Source of the DNA: Hormiphora californensis
Taxonomy: Eukaryota; Animalia; Ctenophora
Direction: 5' to 3'
DNA: 64,000 nucleotides
Assembly (NCBI GenBank): GCA_020137815.1
Contig: CM035354.1
Span: forward strand, 1,364,001 to 1,428,000
The position numbers and the translations under genes were made by a program. Positions within the stretch are counted from its first letter, which is position 1, and each line of letters opens with the position of its first letter. This document shows positions 26,966 to 39,676 of the stretch, one piece after another. The notes under the pieces were generated by a model. The model did no database searches. It was not told the DNA's origin and saw only the letters and a list, made by a program, of their open reading frames with translations.

Positions 26966-29900
26966 GGGGGAGAGAGACACTAGACAGTTATCGCATTTCC
27001 TCTCTATCCCGATTCAGGACAGACCTGTGCTATCTCAGATACTGTACGTGGTGTGGAATTAAATCCCAATCAAAAGGTTGAAGAAACTGAAGATGGTTTC
27101 AGAAGAGTACCTTGATTACTAATCAGGACTCCATGAGACCATCTTTAGTCTAATGAGATTAGAAGAGAATACTGGTTTCAACGAACACACAAAAAGTGAT
27201 AGCAAGGAGAGAGAGGATACGAATTGACAGCAATACTACCATGTCGACTGAGTCTGCAGCAATCCCAGTCGCCAGCTGGTGCACCGTGTATTATCACCTT
27301 ATGTTGTAGAGCTGAGAGGCGACTTGAGAGGTACACGCACCTGACTTATCACCTCATTTTTATTGAACGCTATATTTGTTATACCAGTGCAGCACCAGTT
27401 GTGTTTGCCATATTTCTTTGTCACGAGGCCCAATCACGAGGCCCAATATTCCAATAGTGACTTTATCACACACACACACACACCTCCACTTTTCGAACAT
27501 AGTTTCAAGTTGTCGTGGTGGTTTCTGATTTCACTCCAAACAAAAGTCGTACGATTTTTATCAGTCTGTTGCACCCCATATGATATGCAGCTTCCATACA
27601 CGCACATTGCTAGCTGAAGACGCAACACAAGTTGACATAGAAGATACAGGTAGAGGAGAAAAAGGGAGAACAAAGAATTCAGATTGAATGTCAATCACAA
27701 TCCATTATATATATCGTGTTACTACGGCCAAAGATGCACCTAAAATTCGGGTAGCTAGACCTACTATAACAGCTGTACTGTGTGTGCTTATAGCATGATT
27801 CATTGGGGAGAAACCGAAACGGGGGATAGTGCGAGACATAACCACGATCCCCAATCATCCCCCAGAATGCAATCTAGTTATTACTTCTTGATCTACCGAA
27901 CCAGATCAGTGACCCACACAAGGCATTACCTCCGGAAATCGCCCCCAGACTGCAAACCAATTAATTATTAATATTACCTTCTAATCTAGGAATTACCTCC
28001 AGAAATCACCCCCAGACTATAATCATATTAATTATTCAAATTACCTACTTAATAACCTTCCTAATTAATTATTAATATAACCTCCTAATCTAGACATTAC
28101 CTCCGGGGGTAGGAGGGATGGTTGCAGAGGGAGTTTGGAATGCTGAGTAGTTAAATACACTCTCTGGACCCGTTCCAGTGTAGACCCTGAAAATAATAAA
28201 CATCTCATGATCATTTGGTGTACATGATATAATAATAATATATGCTGATATTATGAACAAAGAACACATCAACAACAGACCTTGATGTGGTTAAGTACTC
28301 GGAGAGTGTAATACACTCTCATACACTTTAAGTGTATGAGTTTTAATACTCATGGCTCACGCATGCTTTTGCTGTCTGACATGAAATCTTACCCGCCCGA
28401 CAGTAGCGGTGTAGTCTCACTGTTGTATGATCTGGGTCGGAGGTTACGTGTAACCTGGTTCTCCACCTTCAGGACTTTAGTTTCAAATAGCCAAACCTCA
28501 GTCCAACATAATACAAAGGAGGCCAGGAGGAGACTGTACGTCTCAAATGTATTATTCTGAAACGGAATTCTGAATCAAATCAAACCATAAAACATACTAC
28601 TGGTCCACTGATTATTGGAGATTGATATTTGATATCAACTAGCATATTTCATATTTGGCCAAACTTACATCAACTTTATCAAAAAGTATTAGTTTTACAA
28701 AAACATAAGCTGTGGAAGCAACTGTTGTTACCTGTCGGGGGGAGAATAGTTAGAATTAGAAAGAAAGTAAATACATTTGATTTGTGTAGGTAATGATAAA
28801 CAACTTAGAAATATAACATTCTCTGTTGATAAACTTTTATAGGTAGATTCGCAACATCTGTTATTTGTAATTCAACTTGAAATCTGTTGCACTTACTATC
28901 ACAGTGATCTGAAGTTTGCTCATGATAACCCAGTAGTGTAGGATAAGAACTGCAGATCGTACCCAACTCAATAACTAGAACACGGGAAATTAGGAGTTTA
29001 GTTCGTAGTGTCAAACCCAACTCAATAACTAGAACACGGGAAATTAGGAGTTTCGTCCGTAGTGTCGAACCCAATTGTAGAACGGGAAATTAGGAGTTTA
29101 TTCCATGTGTGACTGCCCCTTAAGTTATGTTCTAACCCTCCTTTACATTGTAAAAGAGTTGTCTAACAAGGCAAGACTGCCCCAGTGTTGAGAGAGATAA
29201 AGAACTTACTAAGAGATCTGCCATGGAGTGTTTGTAGGAAAAATGTTTAACAGCCTCATCCCAAGCTTTTGGTAAATCTTTGTAAGTATTCTGAGGGGAT
29301 AAAACATATTCTCAACAAACCTTTTTAGAGCAAATATTTAAATTCTTTTTTAGACAAGCAACTGCACATGTTTCACATCACTTACGATTGCTATGATAAC
29401 CCACAGAATGCTCATTAGTAAAAAATCAAAAACACAGCAAATGCTAAAAAGTCGCCGAGCTGAACTTCGTTGTTGGGGTAAAACCTCGTCTGTGATATAG
29501 TTTCCGGCTGCATGGGGAAGTATAGTGTTGGTTCGGAATTATAGGACACACAGCCAAATGTTGAACCTTACACACTGCATTTAGAACTTGGTTCGAACAA
29601 GGAGACCCCGCACACGCACAGTGGTAATTTACTATACGTCGTTAATTACCAAAGAGAACCAGGATCCTGCACAGTTTTAATATCTAAGTCATTAGAAGTG
29701 TCACTTACCTGTTGAAGGAATATAAAGGTAGCTGTCTGAGGAGCGAGGTGGGGTAGCTGTCACACTATAGTTGTGCAAACTGGTCGGGCCACTGAAATAG
29801 TATTGGTTACTAAGGTAACTAGGTCAGTTGCTATGGTAGCTGTCACACTATAGTTGTGCAAACTGGTCGGGCCACTGAAATAATATTGGTTACTAAGGTA

Positions 29901-30324
29901 ACTAGGTTAGTTGCTATGGTAGCTGTCACACTGTAGTTGTGCAAACTGGTCGGGCCACTGAAATAGTATTGGTTACTAAGGTAACTAGGTTAGTTGCTAT
30001 GGTAGCTGTCACACTATAGTTGTGCAAACTGGTCGGGCCACTGAAATAATATTGGTTACTAAGGTAACTAGGTTAGTTGCTATGGTAGCTGTCACACTAT
30101 AGTTGTGCAAACTGGTCGGGCCACTGAAATAATGTAAGTAGTAATAATATACTGCTTAATAAACTTTCAAGGATTTGAATATTTCTTGTTAGGGACGGTG
30201 TATATTCCAATATGTACCTTGAACTAGCGCCTGACACTGCTGATGGATTCATCTGGGAGAGGATTTCCTGTGCCGTAACGTGTGCCTGAAATGCTCGTTC
30301 ATCTTCATAGCCTCCAGTATTCAT
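21792..30324 (-). CDS. STARD3: StAR-related lipid transfer protein 3 (MLN64): MENTAL + START domains
   Basis: 13 in-phase exons: 30324-30218, 29791-29709, 29489-29386 (SARRLFSICCVFDFLLMSILWVI), 29290-29210, 28974-28897, 28731-28669 (VTTVASTAYVFVKLIL), 28556-28393 (SFVLCWTEVWLFETKVL), 28186-28101, 24126-24083, 23329-23084, 22804-22719 (GAGGLIKSR), 22209-22105 (EFLTLR) and 22011-21792 (RGCNGPCGY..NCDLK). Confidence 0.92.
23737..23969. mobile_element. Palindrome of two head-to-head tRNA-derived (SINE-like) arms
   Basis: The right arm reads AGTAGAGCA..AGAGGTTGTCGGTTCGAGCCCGGCCATCGCCA (D-arm end, T-loop/B-box, CCA) followed by a T-rich tail. The left arm is its reverse complement with about 10 differences. 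TA at both ends. Confidence 0.8.
24235..24975. repeat. Irregular tandem array, 9 copies of TTATTATGRGCACCTGGTATGTGGATTGGGG with poly-C spacers
   Basis: Direct inspection. In a STARD3 intron about 110 nt from the 24126 acceptor. Confidence 0.9.
29752..30131 (-). repeat. 5 x 83-bp tandem repeat spanning the STARD3 exon-2 acceptor
   Basis: TTTCAG|TGGCCCGACC.. recurs with exon-equivalent starts at 30123, 30040, 29957, 29874 and 29791 (the real one). Confidence 0.95.
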
Positions 30325-30368
30325 CCAGGCTTAGTAAGGCATGATTAATTTGAAACATATCATAAATA

Positions 30369-30527
30369 CAGTCAGGCCCCGATTTACCGGGATGCTCGGG
30401 GTAAAGGGTTTTGCCCGGTAAATACTATATCGGGGTGCTCGGTATACCGGGGTCAAATATCATTAACTTCCTCTATCGGGGTAAGTTTGACCTCCGGGTA
30501 AATCGGGGTTCCGGTAAATCGGGCCTG
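30369..30527. mobile_element. Short Tc1/pogo-type MITE
   Basis: TA|CAGTCAGGCCCCGATTTACCGG ... CCGGTAAATCGGGCCTG|TA. Related to the element at 54294-55154. Confidence 0.7.
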
Positions 30528-31635
30528 TATCAAGCTTAAAAATTAAGCCGGGAAACAGTTTTTAGTCTCAAAGAGGACTGCCGACAGATCGCTATTCAGA
30601 TTTCAGCGTTTGCCAGAGGCGGAAGTCGTAATAAATTGTCAAATACCGCTGTATTTGTTTTGATGTGGCAGTTCCTCGTACCAAGTCTGGTGGCGTAATC
30701 CATATAATAATTTCCAAAATGTTAGTCCGATAATTGTTTTCTCCCTACTCCTCCTACAGTTTTTGAGCTAGACCCCTGAAAATTTGTACACTGGTACTTT
30801 GGACCAAGGCGGGTGTAAGTACGGGCTCAGATTTTTGATCCGATCTTTACAACAGTGACGTCACGGGGTGACGTCATTGCGCCAAAAATACTTATATTTT
30901 TCAAACGCTTCTAAGACCCTGAAAACGGCTCTAAATCAAAAAACTAACGCAATAGTGGGGAAAGAGAATCGTTTGAACTTCATTTTACATTATAGCGATT
31001 TCCCGTAACTCAATGTTTAAGGGTCGTAAATCGCGTCGGGAAAGTTAAAAATGCCAAAAATACGATATTTTTCACCGTAGCCACCCAAAATCTTATCCAA
31101 TCGATATGAAACTTGGTCGTTATGTGAATTTTAATGTCCTTTGGCCAGGGGTTCCCGAAAAACGGATTGGCAAGATGAGAACTGACCGGAGTTCTTATAA
31201 TTCTAAATTCACGAATTTGGAATTTTTCCTCGACTTTTTTTTGGCGAGAAAATTTTCAATGAATTTTAAAATTTTTTATTTACACTGCGCGCGTAATTTT
31301 AGGTTCCGCGCGCGGCGTAAAAAAGCAACGCTTTTTTGGGAAAATTCGCGCGTTACAATAAATGATTTACCCGCCTCGCCAAAATTGTAATGGCCGTTTT
31401 TTCAAAAACCCAAGGTGTATGATAGTAGGAGCGGTTAGATCACCACGTGGTCGCATCCAATCAAGAAATGTCCCTCAAGTTTTCGCTTCTCCTTGAGGAG
31501 ATCTACAGGTTTGATGAAGGTCACTTTTGGATTGGATGCGAAATGAAGCCGTGAGAGTAACCTGAGATTAGGGTGCGACTTTCTGCACGTGCTGATCTAA
31601 CCGCTCCTACTATGAGACTCATTAGTCATTGCTCT

Positions 31636-31790
31636 AAAGTCGGATTTTTTGAAGTTGTCACCCCAAAATGACCGCGCATGTGAAATTTATCAATTTTGAC
31701 GCGCACACCACACGTTAACATGTGATGTGACGCGCAAAAACATTCCGCGCACGAAAAGGGGGGTGACAACTTCAAAAAATCCGACTTTAA
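31636..31790. mobile_element. MITE family with TAAAGTCGGATTTTTTGAA...TTCAAAAAATCCGACTTTA termini
   Basis: Inserted in Helitron unit 1 only. Relatives at ~39106-39258, 39258-39482 and 40358-40503. Confidence 0.8.
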
Positions 31791-32621
31791 GTCTAAGGAA
31801 CAAACAAATTATCTTTTAAAAATCAAACACAAATGTCACCGGTTACCAGGTCACGGGTTCCCAGCAAACGGGTACTCTAGTCCATATAATAAATCCCATA
31901 ATGTTAGTCAGTCTGTCCGTTAATTGGTTTTTCAAACTCCTCCCACAGTTTTTGAGCTAGACCCCTAAAAATTTGTACACGGGTACCTTGGACCAAGGCG
32001 GATGTAAGTACGGGCTCAGATTTTTGATCCGATCTTTACAGCAGTGACGTCACGGGGTGACGTCATTGCGACAAAAAGACCTACATTTTTCAAACGCTTC
32101 TAAGACCCTGAAAACGGCTCTAAATCAAAAAACTAACGCTATAGTGGGGAAAGAGAATCGTTTGAACTTCATTTTACTTGATAGCGATTTCCCGTAACTC
32201 AATGTTTAAGGGTCGTAAATCGCGTCGGGAAAGTTAAAAATGCCAAAAATACGATATTTTTCACCGTAGCCACCCAAAATCTTATCCAATCGATATGAAA
32301 CTTGGTCGGGATGTGAATTTTAATGTCCTTTGGCCAGGGGTTCCCGGAAAACGGATTGGCAAGATGAGAACTGACCGGAGTTCTTATAATTCTAAATTCA
32401 CGAATTTGGAATTTTTCGTCGACTTTTTTTTGGCGACATAAAACGCGAGGAAATTTTCAATGAATTTTAAAATTTTACACTGCGCGCGTAATTCTAGGTT
32501 CCGCGCGCGGCGTAAAAAAGCAGCGCTTTTTTGGGAAAATTCGCGCGTTACAGTAAATGATTTACCCGCCTCGCCAAAATTGTAATGGCCGTTTTTTCAA
32601 AAACCCAAGGTGTATGATATA

Positions 32622-33499
32622 CCGTATGCGGCAAAAAAAGCCCCCCCCTAGACCACCATAGTTGCCGATGTGGTGGAGAGCTGTAACTTGGCAGGGTTGC
32701 TCCACTATGTCTATCTTGATCCTGACAGAAAAATCAGAGCTCTAGCTCAAAATTCATTTTTTTGATAGGAATGAACATTGTCATTCATTCCAAGAAAAAA
32801 TATTTTCGGTCCAGAATTCAAGCAATTATCTTTGGCCATCGATTAGCTTTCCAATGTGACCAAGATCATCTAAATTGGGCAACCACAAGAGACACAGTGT
32901 CATGTTTCTTAAAGTTAGTCAGGTCATGTGATCTTCACCGAATCGTTCATTATCCGGGATTGCTAATCGAGCCAATGGCAGAGGAATCTCGTATCACGGC
33001 CGCTAATGACATGAGGTATGTGTACCAATACAGGGTAATGTGATTCGAGGAAAGAGGACATTTATCAAAGAGCTACAGATCTCATGACCAATCAGCATCG
33101 TCATCCCTCATTAGTAGCCGTGATAAGTGATTCTCTACCACTTAGACCGATTCGTAATACTGAACACTCAACGATTCGGTGAAGATCACATGACCTGATT
33201 AAATTTAAGAAAGATGACACTGTGTCTCTTGTGGTTGCCCAATTTAGATGATCTTGGTCACATTGGAAAGCTAATCGATGGCCAAAGATAATTGCTTGAA
33301 TTCTGGACCGAAAATATTTTTTTCTTGGAATGAATGACAATGTTCATTCCTATCAAAAAAATGAATTTTGAGCTAGAGCTCTGATTTTTCTGTCAGGATC
33401 AAGATAGACATAGTGGAGCAACCCTGCCAAGTTACAGCTCTCCACCACATCGGCAACTATGGTGGTCTAGGGGGGGGGGGCTTTTTTTGCCGCACACGG
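32622..33499. mobile_element. Near-fully palindromic MITE (arms >320 bp) inserted in Helitron unit 2
   Basis: CCGTATGCGGCAAAAAAAG ... CTTTTTTTGCCGCACACGG, flanked by TA. The empty site ATGATAGTAGG is visible in units 1 and 3. Confidence 0.9.
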
Positions 33500-35076
33500 T
33501 AGTAGGAGCGGTTAGATCACCACGTGGTTAAAGTCGCATGCCACCCCTTTTTGCGCATTGTCATAGCTCCTCGAGGTCGCATCCAATCATTATCAAGAAA
33601 TGTCCCTCAAGTTTTCGCTTCTCCTTGAGGAGATCTACAGGTTTGATGAAGGTCACTTTTGGATTGGATGCAAAATGAAGCCGTGAGAGTAACCTGAGAT
33701 TAGGGTGGTGCGCGACTTTCTGCACGTGCTGATCTAACCGCTCCTACTATGAGACTCATTGCTCTAAGGAACAAACAAATTATCTTTTAAAAATCAAACA
33801 CAAATGTCACCGGTTACCAGGTCACGGGTTCCCAGCAAACGGGTACTCTAGTCCATATAATAAATCCCATAATGTTAGTCAGTCTGTCCGTTAATTGGTT
33901 TTTCAAACTCCTCCCACAGTTTTTGAGCTAGACCCCTAAAAATTTGTACACGGGTACCTTGGACCAAGGCGGATGTAAGTACGGGCTCAGATTTTTGATC
34001 CGATCTTTACAGCAGTGACGTCACGGGGTGACGTCATTGCGACAAAAAGACTTACATTTTTCAAACGCTTCTAAGACCCTGAAAACGGCTCTAAATCAAA
34101 AAACTAACGCAATAGTGGGAAAAGAGAATCGTTTGAACTTCATTTTACATGATAGCGATTTCCCGTAACTCAATGTTTAAGGGTCGTAAATCGCGTCGGG
34201 AAAGTTAAAAATGCCAAAAATACGATATTTTTCACCGTAGCCACCCAAAATCTTATCCAATCGATATGAAACTTGGTCGGTATGTGAATTTTAATGTCCT
34301 TTGGCCAGGGGTTCCCGGAAAACGGATTGGCAAGATGAGAACTGACCGGAGTTCTTATAATTAACGAATTTGGAATTTTTCGTCGACTTTTTTTGGCGAC
34401 ATGAAACGCGAGGAAATTTTCAATGAATTTTAAAATTTTACACTGCGCGCGTAATTTTAGGTTCCGCGCGCGGCGTAACAAAGCAGCGCTTTTTGGGAAA
34501 ATTCGCGCGTTACAGTAAATGATTTACCCGCCTCGCCAAAATTGTAATGGCCGTTTTTTTCAAAACCCCAATGTCTATGATAGTAGGAGCGGTTAGATCA
34601 CCACGTGGTTAAAGTCGCGTGCCACCCCTTTTTGCGCATTGTCATAGCTCCTCGAGGTCGTATCCAATCAAGATTCAAGAAATGTCCCTCAAGTTTTCGC
34701 TTCTCCTTGAGGAGATCTACAGGTTTGATGAAGGTCACTTTTGGATTGGATGCGAAATGAAGCCGTGAGAGTAACCTGAGATTAGGGTGGCGCGCGACTT
34801 TCTGCACGTGCTGATCTAACCGCTCCTACTATGAGACTCATTGCTCTAAGGAACAAACAAATTATCTTTTAAAAATCAAACACAAATGTCACCGGTTATA
34901 TGAGGATAAATTACCATTTACCAGGTCACGGGTTCCCAGCAAACGGGTACTCTAGTAATAATAATAATAATAACGACAGTTTTAAATATCCCGCACTGAC
35001 ACAGTTTATTTACAGACAACTCGTTTTCCTTAATTTGAAAGGGACTGCAGTAGACTGCCTGCTCCTAGCACGGTTC

Positions 35077-38000
35077 AAGATTACAAGATTACAAGATTAC
35101 AAATAAGTTTTAGTATACATAACAAATGAATACAACGCACTCAGCAGAGCTTCCGCGTGATAAAATGATATTCCCTATATGAGTGAACTACTTCCCCTCA
35201 GTGAGCAGGGCAACGAGGGAGTTATCTCTAGGGCTCGAGTATCCTCTGACAGGTGGAAAGTCTGGTATGGTAGCAAGGAAGTCTCCAAGTGTGACTTTTA
35301 GGTTCTCGATTGATGTTGCCAGCCGTACTTCCTCGGGCATCCTGTTAAAGAGTTGAACCGCTCTAACTCCGAATGATGCCCGTAGCTGTATGAGCGGCGC
35401 CATACCCCATCAGATGGGTCGCGGCGCCAGACAGTCCCGTAGCGTCTGGACTGATTTCTGTGCCGATGTGATGATCCGAGGGACAACTGCTTTCGGACCG
35501 TGTCGATGGTGGACGTAGAAGGATATGTTCGTGCTGTTAGGTGCTAGCCCCTTGTATATCTTCCACATATGTATGATATCTTTCCCGTCTTCTCTGCAAA
35601 GAAAGTATCCTGAGGTGGGCTAATCGTTCCCAGTAATTCATGCCTTCACAGTCTGTGATTCTCCGTGTGAAGAAACGTTGGATTCCCTCGATCTTTGCAA
35701 TCTCGCCAGTTTGGCATGGCGACCATAGTGGCGAGCAGTATTCTAGCTTCGGCCGAATGAGCGATTTCAGTAAGGTAACCATGGTTGCTGTAGATCTGTC
35801 TCTGAACACTCCTAGGACCCATCCAGCTAATCTTTTGGCTTCTCTGGTGATGATACCGATGTGTGTTGTCCACGATGCGTCATTGGTCATGTGGATACCC
35901 AGATCTTTCACACAGTGTGCAGGGCTAATGTCCTCACCATTTGTATTGTAGTATCGATAGTTTTCCACATTGAAGGGAAGAACTCGTAGAAGCTATGTTT
36001 TGTTCAGGGTGTAGTTGAGAATTTCGAACTTGTCCTCATGTAGAAGCATGTTGTTCTTCTTTGACCAATCGGCGATTCTGTCGAGGTCTCCCTGAAGTGA
36101 TTTCATGTCCTCTGCTTGTTCGATCGATTGCCTGCTCTTCGTGTCGTCTGCAAACGTTAGTGTACCACCCAGCGTGCAAGCGGCCAAATCACTAACATAG
36201 ATAATAAACAGAAGTGGACCCAGCACTGAGCCCTGGATCACACTACTGATGACATATTCTGGTCTGGAGCAGTAGCCCTCCGTCACTACCGTCTGTGCTC
36301 TACCTGTAAGGAAGGCCTCGATCCAGTTCAACAGTTTTCCTCGTATGCCGTATCTTTGCAGCTTGCCCAGTAGGATTCGAATATCGACTTTATCGAATGC
36401 TTTAGCAAAATCGATATAGGCCACATCTACTTCGTGGCCATTGTTCAGATCCTCTAGGATTGCATCGTAATGGTTGAGTAGTTGCGTCAGACAGCTTCTA
36501 CCCGACCGGAATCCATGCTGCTCCTCGTTTATGATCCCTGCCTTTTCCACAAAGTCCGCTAGTTGACTTCTTACCACTCGTTCGAAGGTTTTAGTGACGT
36601 GGCTCGTCAGTGCCACTGGGCGGTAGTTCTCTGGCAGACTCTTATTGCCCTTCTTGAAAATGGGTGCAATTTGTTGTTTCTTCAGTTCGGCGGGAATGAA
36701 CCCGCGGTGAAAGGATTGGTTCCACAATATCCATAGTGGATAGCAAAGTTTATCCCTGGCCTCGTGGAGAATCAGTGATGGAATATCGCCTTTGGGTGCT
36801 GCGGAATGTGGGTTTAGCTCCTTCAAGGCCCCTTCGATGATTGCAGGGGAAAGTTCAATATCTGTCAACTCGGCTTTCCTCTCTTCGATATCCATTAGGG
36901 CGTTTTCTACGTTGACTAGGGAGGGGTCACTGAAAACTTTAACATACTGGTCCTGGAGTATTTCAGCTTTCCTCCGTGGATCATCCGTCAGCTCTCCACT
37001 CTGTGACAGTAATGGTCCAACTGTCGACTGTACTTTTCTTTTCCTCTTCGCAAAAGAGTAAAAAGCTCTGGGATTCTTCTTGATCTGTGCCACTGCTTTG
37101 TCTTCCTCAGCATTTATACTTCGGGTAATGTGTTCCTTGATATTGGTGATGATCTCAGCTGCAAGGGCTTCTAGTTTAGCAACTCTGGTCTGGCCGGCTC
37201 CCTTCTTCTGTAGCTTCTTTATTCGTCTGTCGATCCTCCTCCTCTTTGATTTCAACTTGGTTAGTGCATTGTCCTTAACAAGGTGGGAGTAGTCCTGGAT
37301 TTTCTTCAGTGGGGCACTGGAGCATGTGACCTGAAGGACAGTGAGGGTTAGTAGGTTTGTGAATGCTGTGAGCCTATCAATGTTTTCAAGTGATTCACAC
37401 AATTCCCAAAGAACATCCCAATCAATATCACTAAGCAAGTCCCTCAGTTTATTCATATCCGATTTGTGATAACACACTCCTTCGAATGACCAACGATCTA
37501 GTTTTTTCTTCTTAAAGTGTGGAGTGCATGTCATGTTATACCCTAGTACACCGGCTACTGTTTTGTGATCTGACATACTAATGGTTGCTTCAACCTCAGT
37601 TTTGATAAAGTAGTCCGGTCTATTAGTCAAAATTACATCAAGCAAACTGGACTCTCTTGTTGCATCGTCGACAACTTGACATAGGAAATTTTGTTGTGTA
37701 AAGTTCTCTGTTGCTGCTGATATTCTGTCTTCTCTGTCTCCCCCCAGGGTTGAAAGATCCCAATTGTGGTATGGTAGGTTTAGGTCCCCCATGATGTAGA
37801 GATCAGGGACAGTTCATTCGTGGGAGTGCTTGTTTATAAAGGCCTGTAGTGTCTCAAGCAAGTCTTGGTAATCACTGGTGCGGTAGATTGAGGCAACTAT
37901 GGTGTGACACCTAGCAATGTACACAGCAACCATGTTGTTGAAGTTGTCTCCCCAAGAAGTTTTATCAGTGACTATCAGCGAGCCATGAACGAACAGAGCA

Positions 38001-38930
38001 CAGCCTCCCCCGGTCCTGGTCTCCCTATCTGCTCGCCACAGACTGTATCCCGGTATCTTTACTTGTGCGTCCTCCACTCTTCCATCCCACCAAGTCTCAG
38101 TTAGGCCCACTGCCATTACAGGTAGATCAGAGCTGGTGATTTGGTCCGCAAGGTATCTCATTTTCCACTTTGTTTTGCTAGTGGAGGCAGGGTTGAGACT
38201 CCTGCCGTTAATAAGGAGAAGCTTTGATCCGCATACTTCTCCTTTGGTGCCTTTGTTTAGCGTGCACCCTGTGTCAATTGCGTGCCGGGTGGAATGTTCC
38301 ACGATATGTTCGAGACTGGCCTGTGTTTGTGTATCTCGGACGCCACAAGCCCTGGGAGAGAGATTGTTAGCCTCTCTAGGAGGCGCTCGAAAAAATCCTC
38401 CTCTTTACTCTTGTTTGTGTCCTCCCTGGATGGTTCCCTGGACCTATTCCTGTCAGCACTGGAAATGTTGCTGGCGTTCCTGGTTCTGGAACTAGATCGT
38501 GATCGAGTCCGGTTTTTAGGTTGGTACTGGCCGGAAGTGTTGCGGTTCCGTTGCCCGGCTATCTTCCATCCTTCGTCGTTGGATCTTCTGGTATTCTTTA
38601 GGTGTTGGTGTTGGCAGTCTTCCTTCAAGAGTTATCAAGAGTTCTCTGATAACGGTGAGTTAGTGGGGAACTATCCCACTTGGATAACGTTATTACGGAT
38701 ACAATCCGTTTCAAAGTGGACCTTAGAGCTTTTTGCTCCTTCAGTTCAGAGGGCGTAAGATCTGGAGACTGGAGAGAGATAAACAGCCAAAAACTGTTTG
38801 GAGTCTTTGAGGTTTCGTGCCTTTTTGAGAATCGCCAGGAGAGTCGCTCTCATTTCTTTCGCCGATGCGTTACATTGGATTCATCTTCCTGCTCAATAAA
38901 TAGTTTTACGTTGTAGTTGATGAAAGTTTG
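35077..38930 (-). mobile_element. CR1/L2-group non-LTR retrotransposon (ORF1 remnant + APE endonuclease + reverse transcriptase), inactivated
   Basis: EN motifs LTETW, GGGCALF, GDLNLP, LDVIL, SDH. RT motifs NYRPVALTS, QHGFR, DFAKAFDKV, QGSVLGPLLF, FADD, and RPKLEY..WSP. In-frame stops at 37814-37816 and 35993-35995, a frameshift near 35570, and an 8-bp 3' tandem tail (CAAGATTA)n at 35077-35102. Confidence 0.93.
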
Positions 38931-39676
38931 AAAGGCCAAGGGGCAGGGACCAAGGGGCAGGGACCAAGGGGCAGGGAAGGGGCTGGGGCCCTACCCAGCG
39001 TGTCCCTGTGCGTCCGGAGCCAGGGGCGTGAACCCCCCTCCCACAAGCAGGGCCTAAGGGCTACAAGCCCCGCCCCCCGGTAGGGCCTTGGACCTTGGTA
39101 ACTGGTAAAGTCCATTTTTTTTCAACTGTTCACCCAAAAACTGAAATTTAATAAAAATTAGAATTTGGGTGGCGCGCGCTACACGTTAACATGTGATAAA
39201 CGCGCAAAAAAATTCCGCGCACGACTTTGGGGGGTGAACAGTTGAAAAAAAATGGAGTAAAGTCGGATTTTTTGAAACTGTCACCCCCCTAGGTCTTTTC
39301 AAACTTCGTAAATGACCATAAAACCGGTTCCTGACGAGATAGAGACTTGAAATTTGGAGGTTACGAAGATCTTGCTATGTTCTTCCGAACCTCCAAATTT
39401 CAAGTCTCTATCTAATCAGGAACCGGAGATATGGCAAATTTTGTTATTTCAGGGGGTGACAGTTTCAAAAAATCCGACTTTATAAGGGATCAGCGATTCC
39501 AAGTTTGAGTTTTCAAACTCGCGAAAAGTTTGTTTTTTGACAATTTTCGAAATTCGAAAATGAGTCAAGTTTTGTACGAAGCAACGCACTATGAAAATAT
39601 TTCGCGCGTTCCATAAAAAGCGGCGCGTGGATGGCACAAAAAAGTTGAAAAAACATTTTTTAAAACACGGCTTCTA

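Larger units (their letters stand above)
30699..34955 (+). mobile_element. Head-to-tail trimer of a ~1.1-kb non-autonomous Helitron-like element
   Basis: Units 30699-31880, 31881-33851 and 33852-34955 each begin TCCATATAATAA and end AAACGGGTACTCTAG. The array sits between host A and T with no TSD. Confidence 0.8.

Noticed and set aside
35993-37816. Programmed stop read-through in LINE ORF2
   Set aside because: Two different stops plus a frameshift are better explained by decay.
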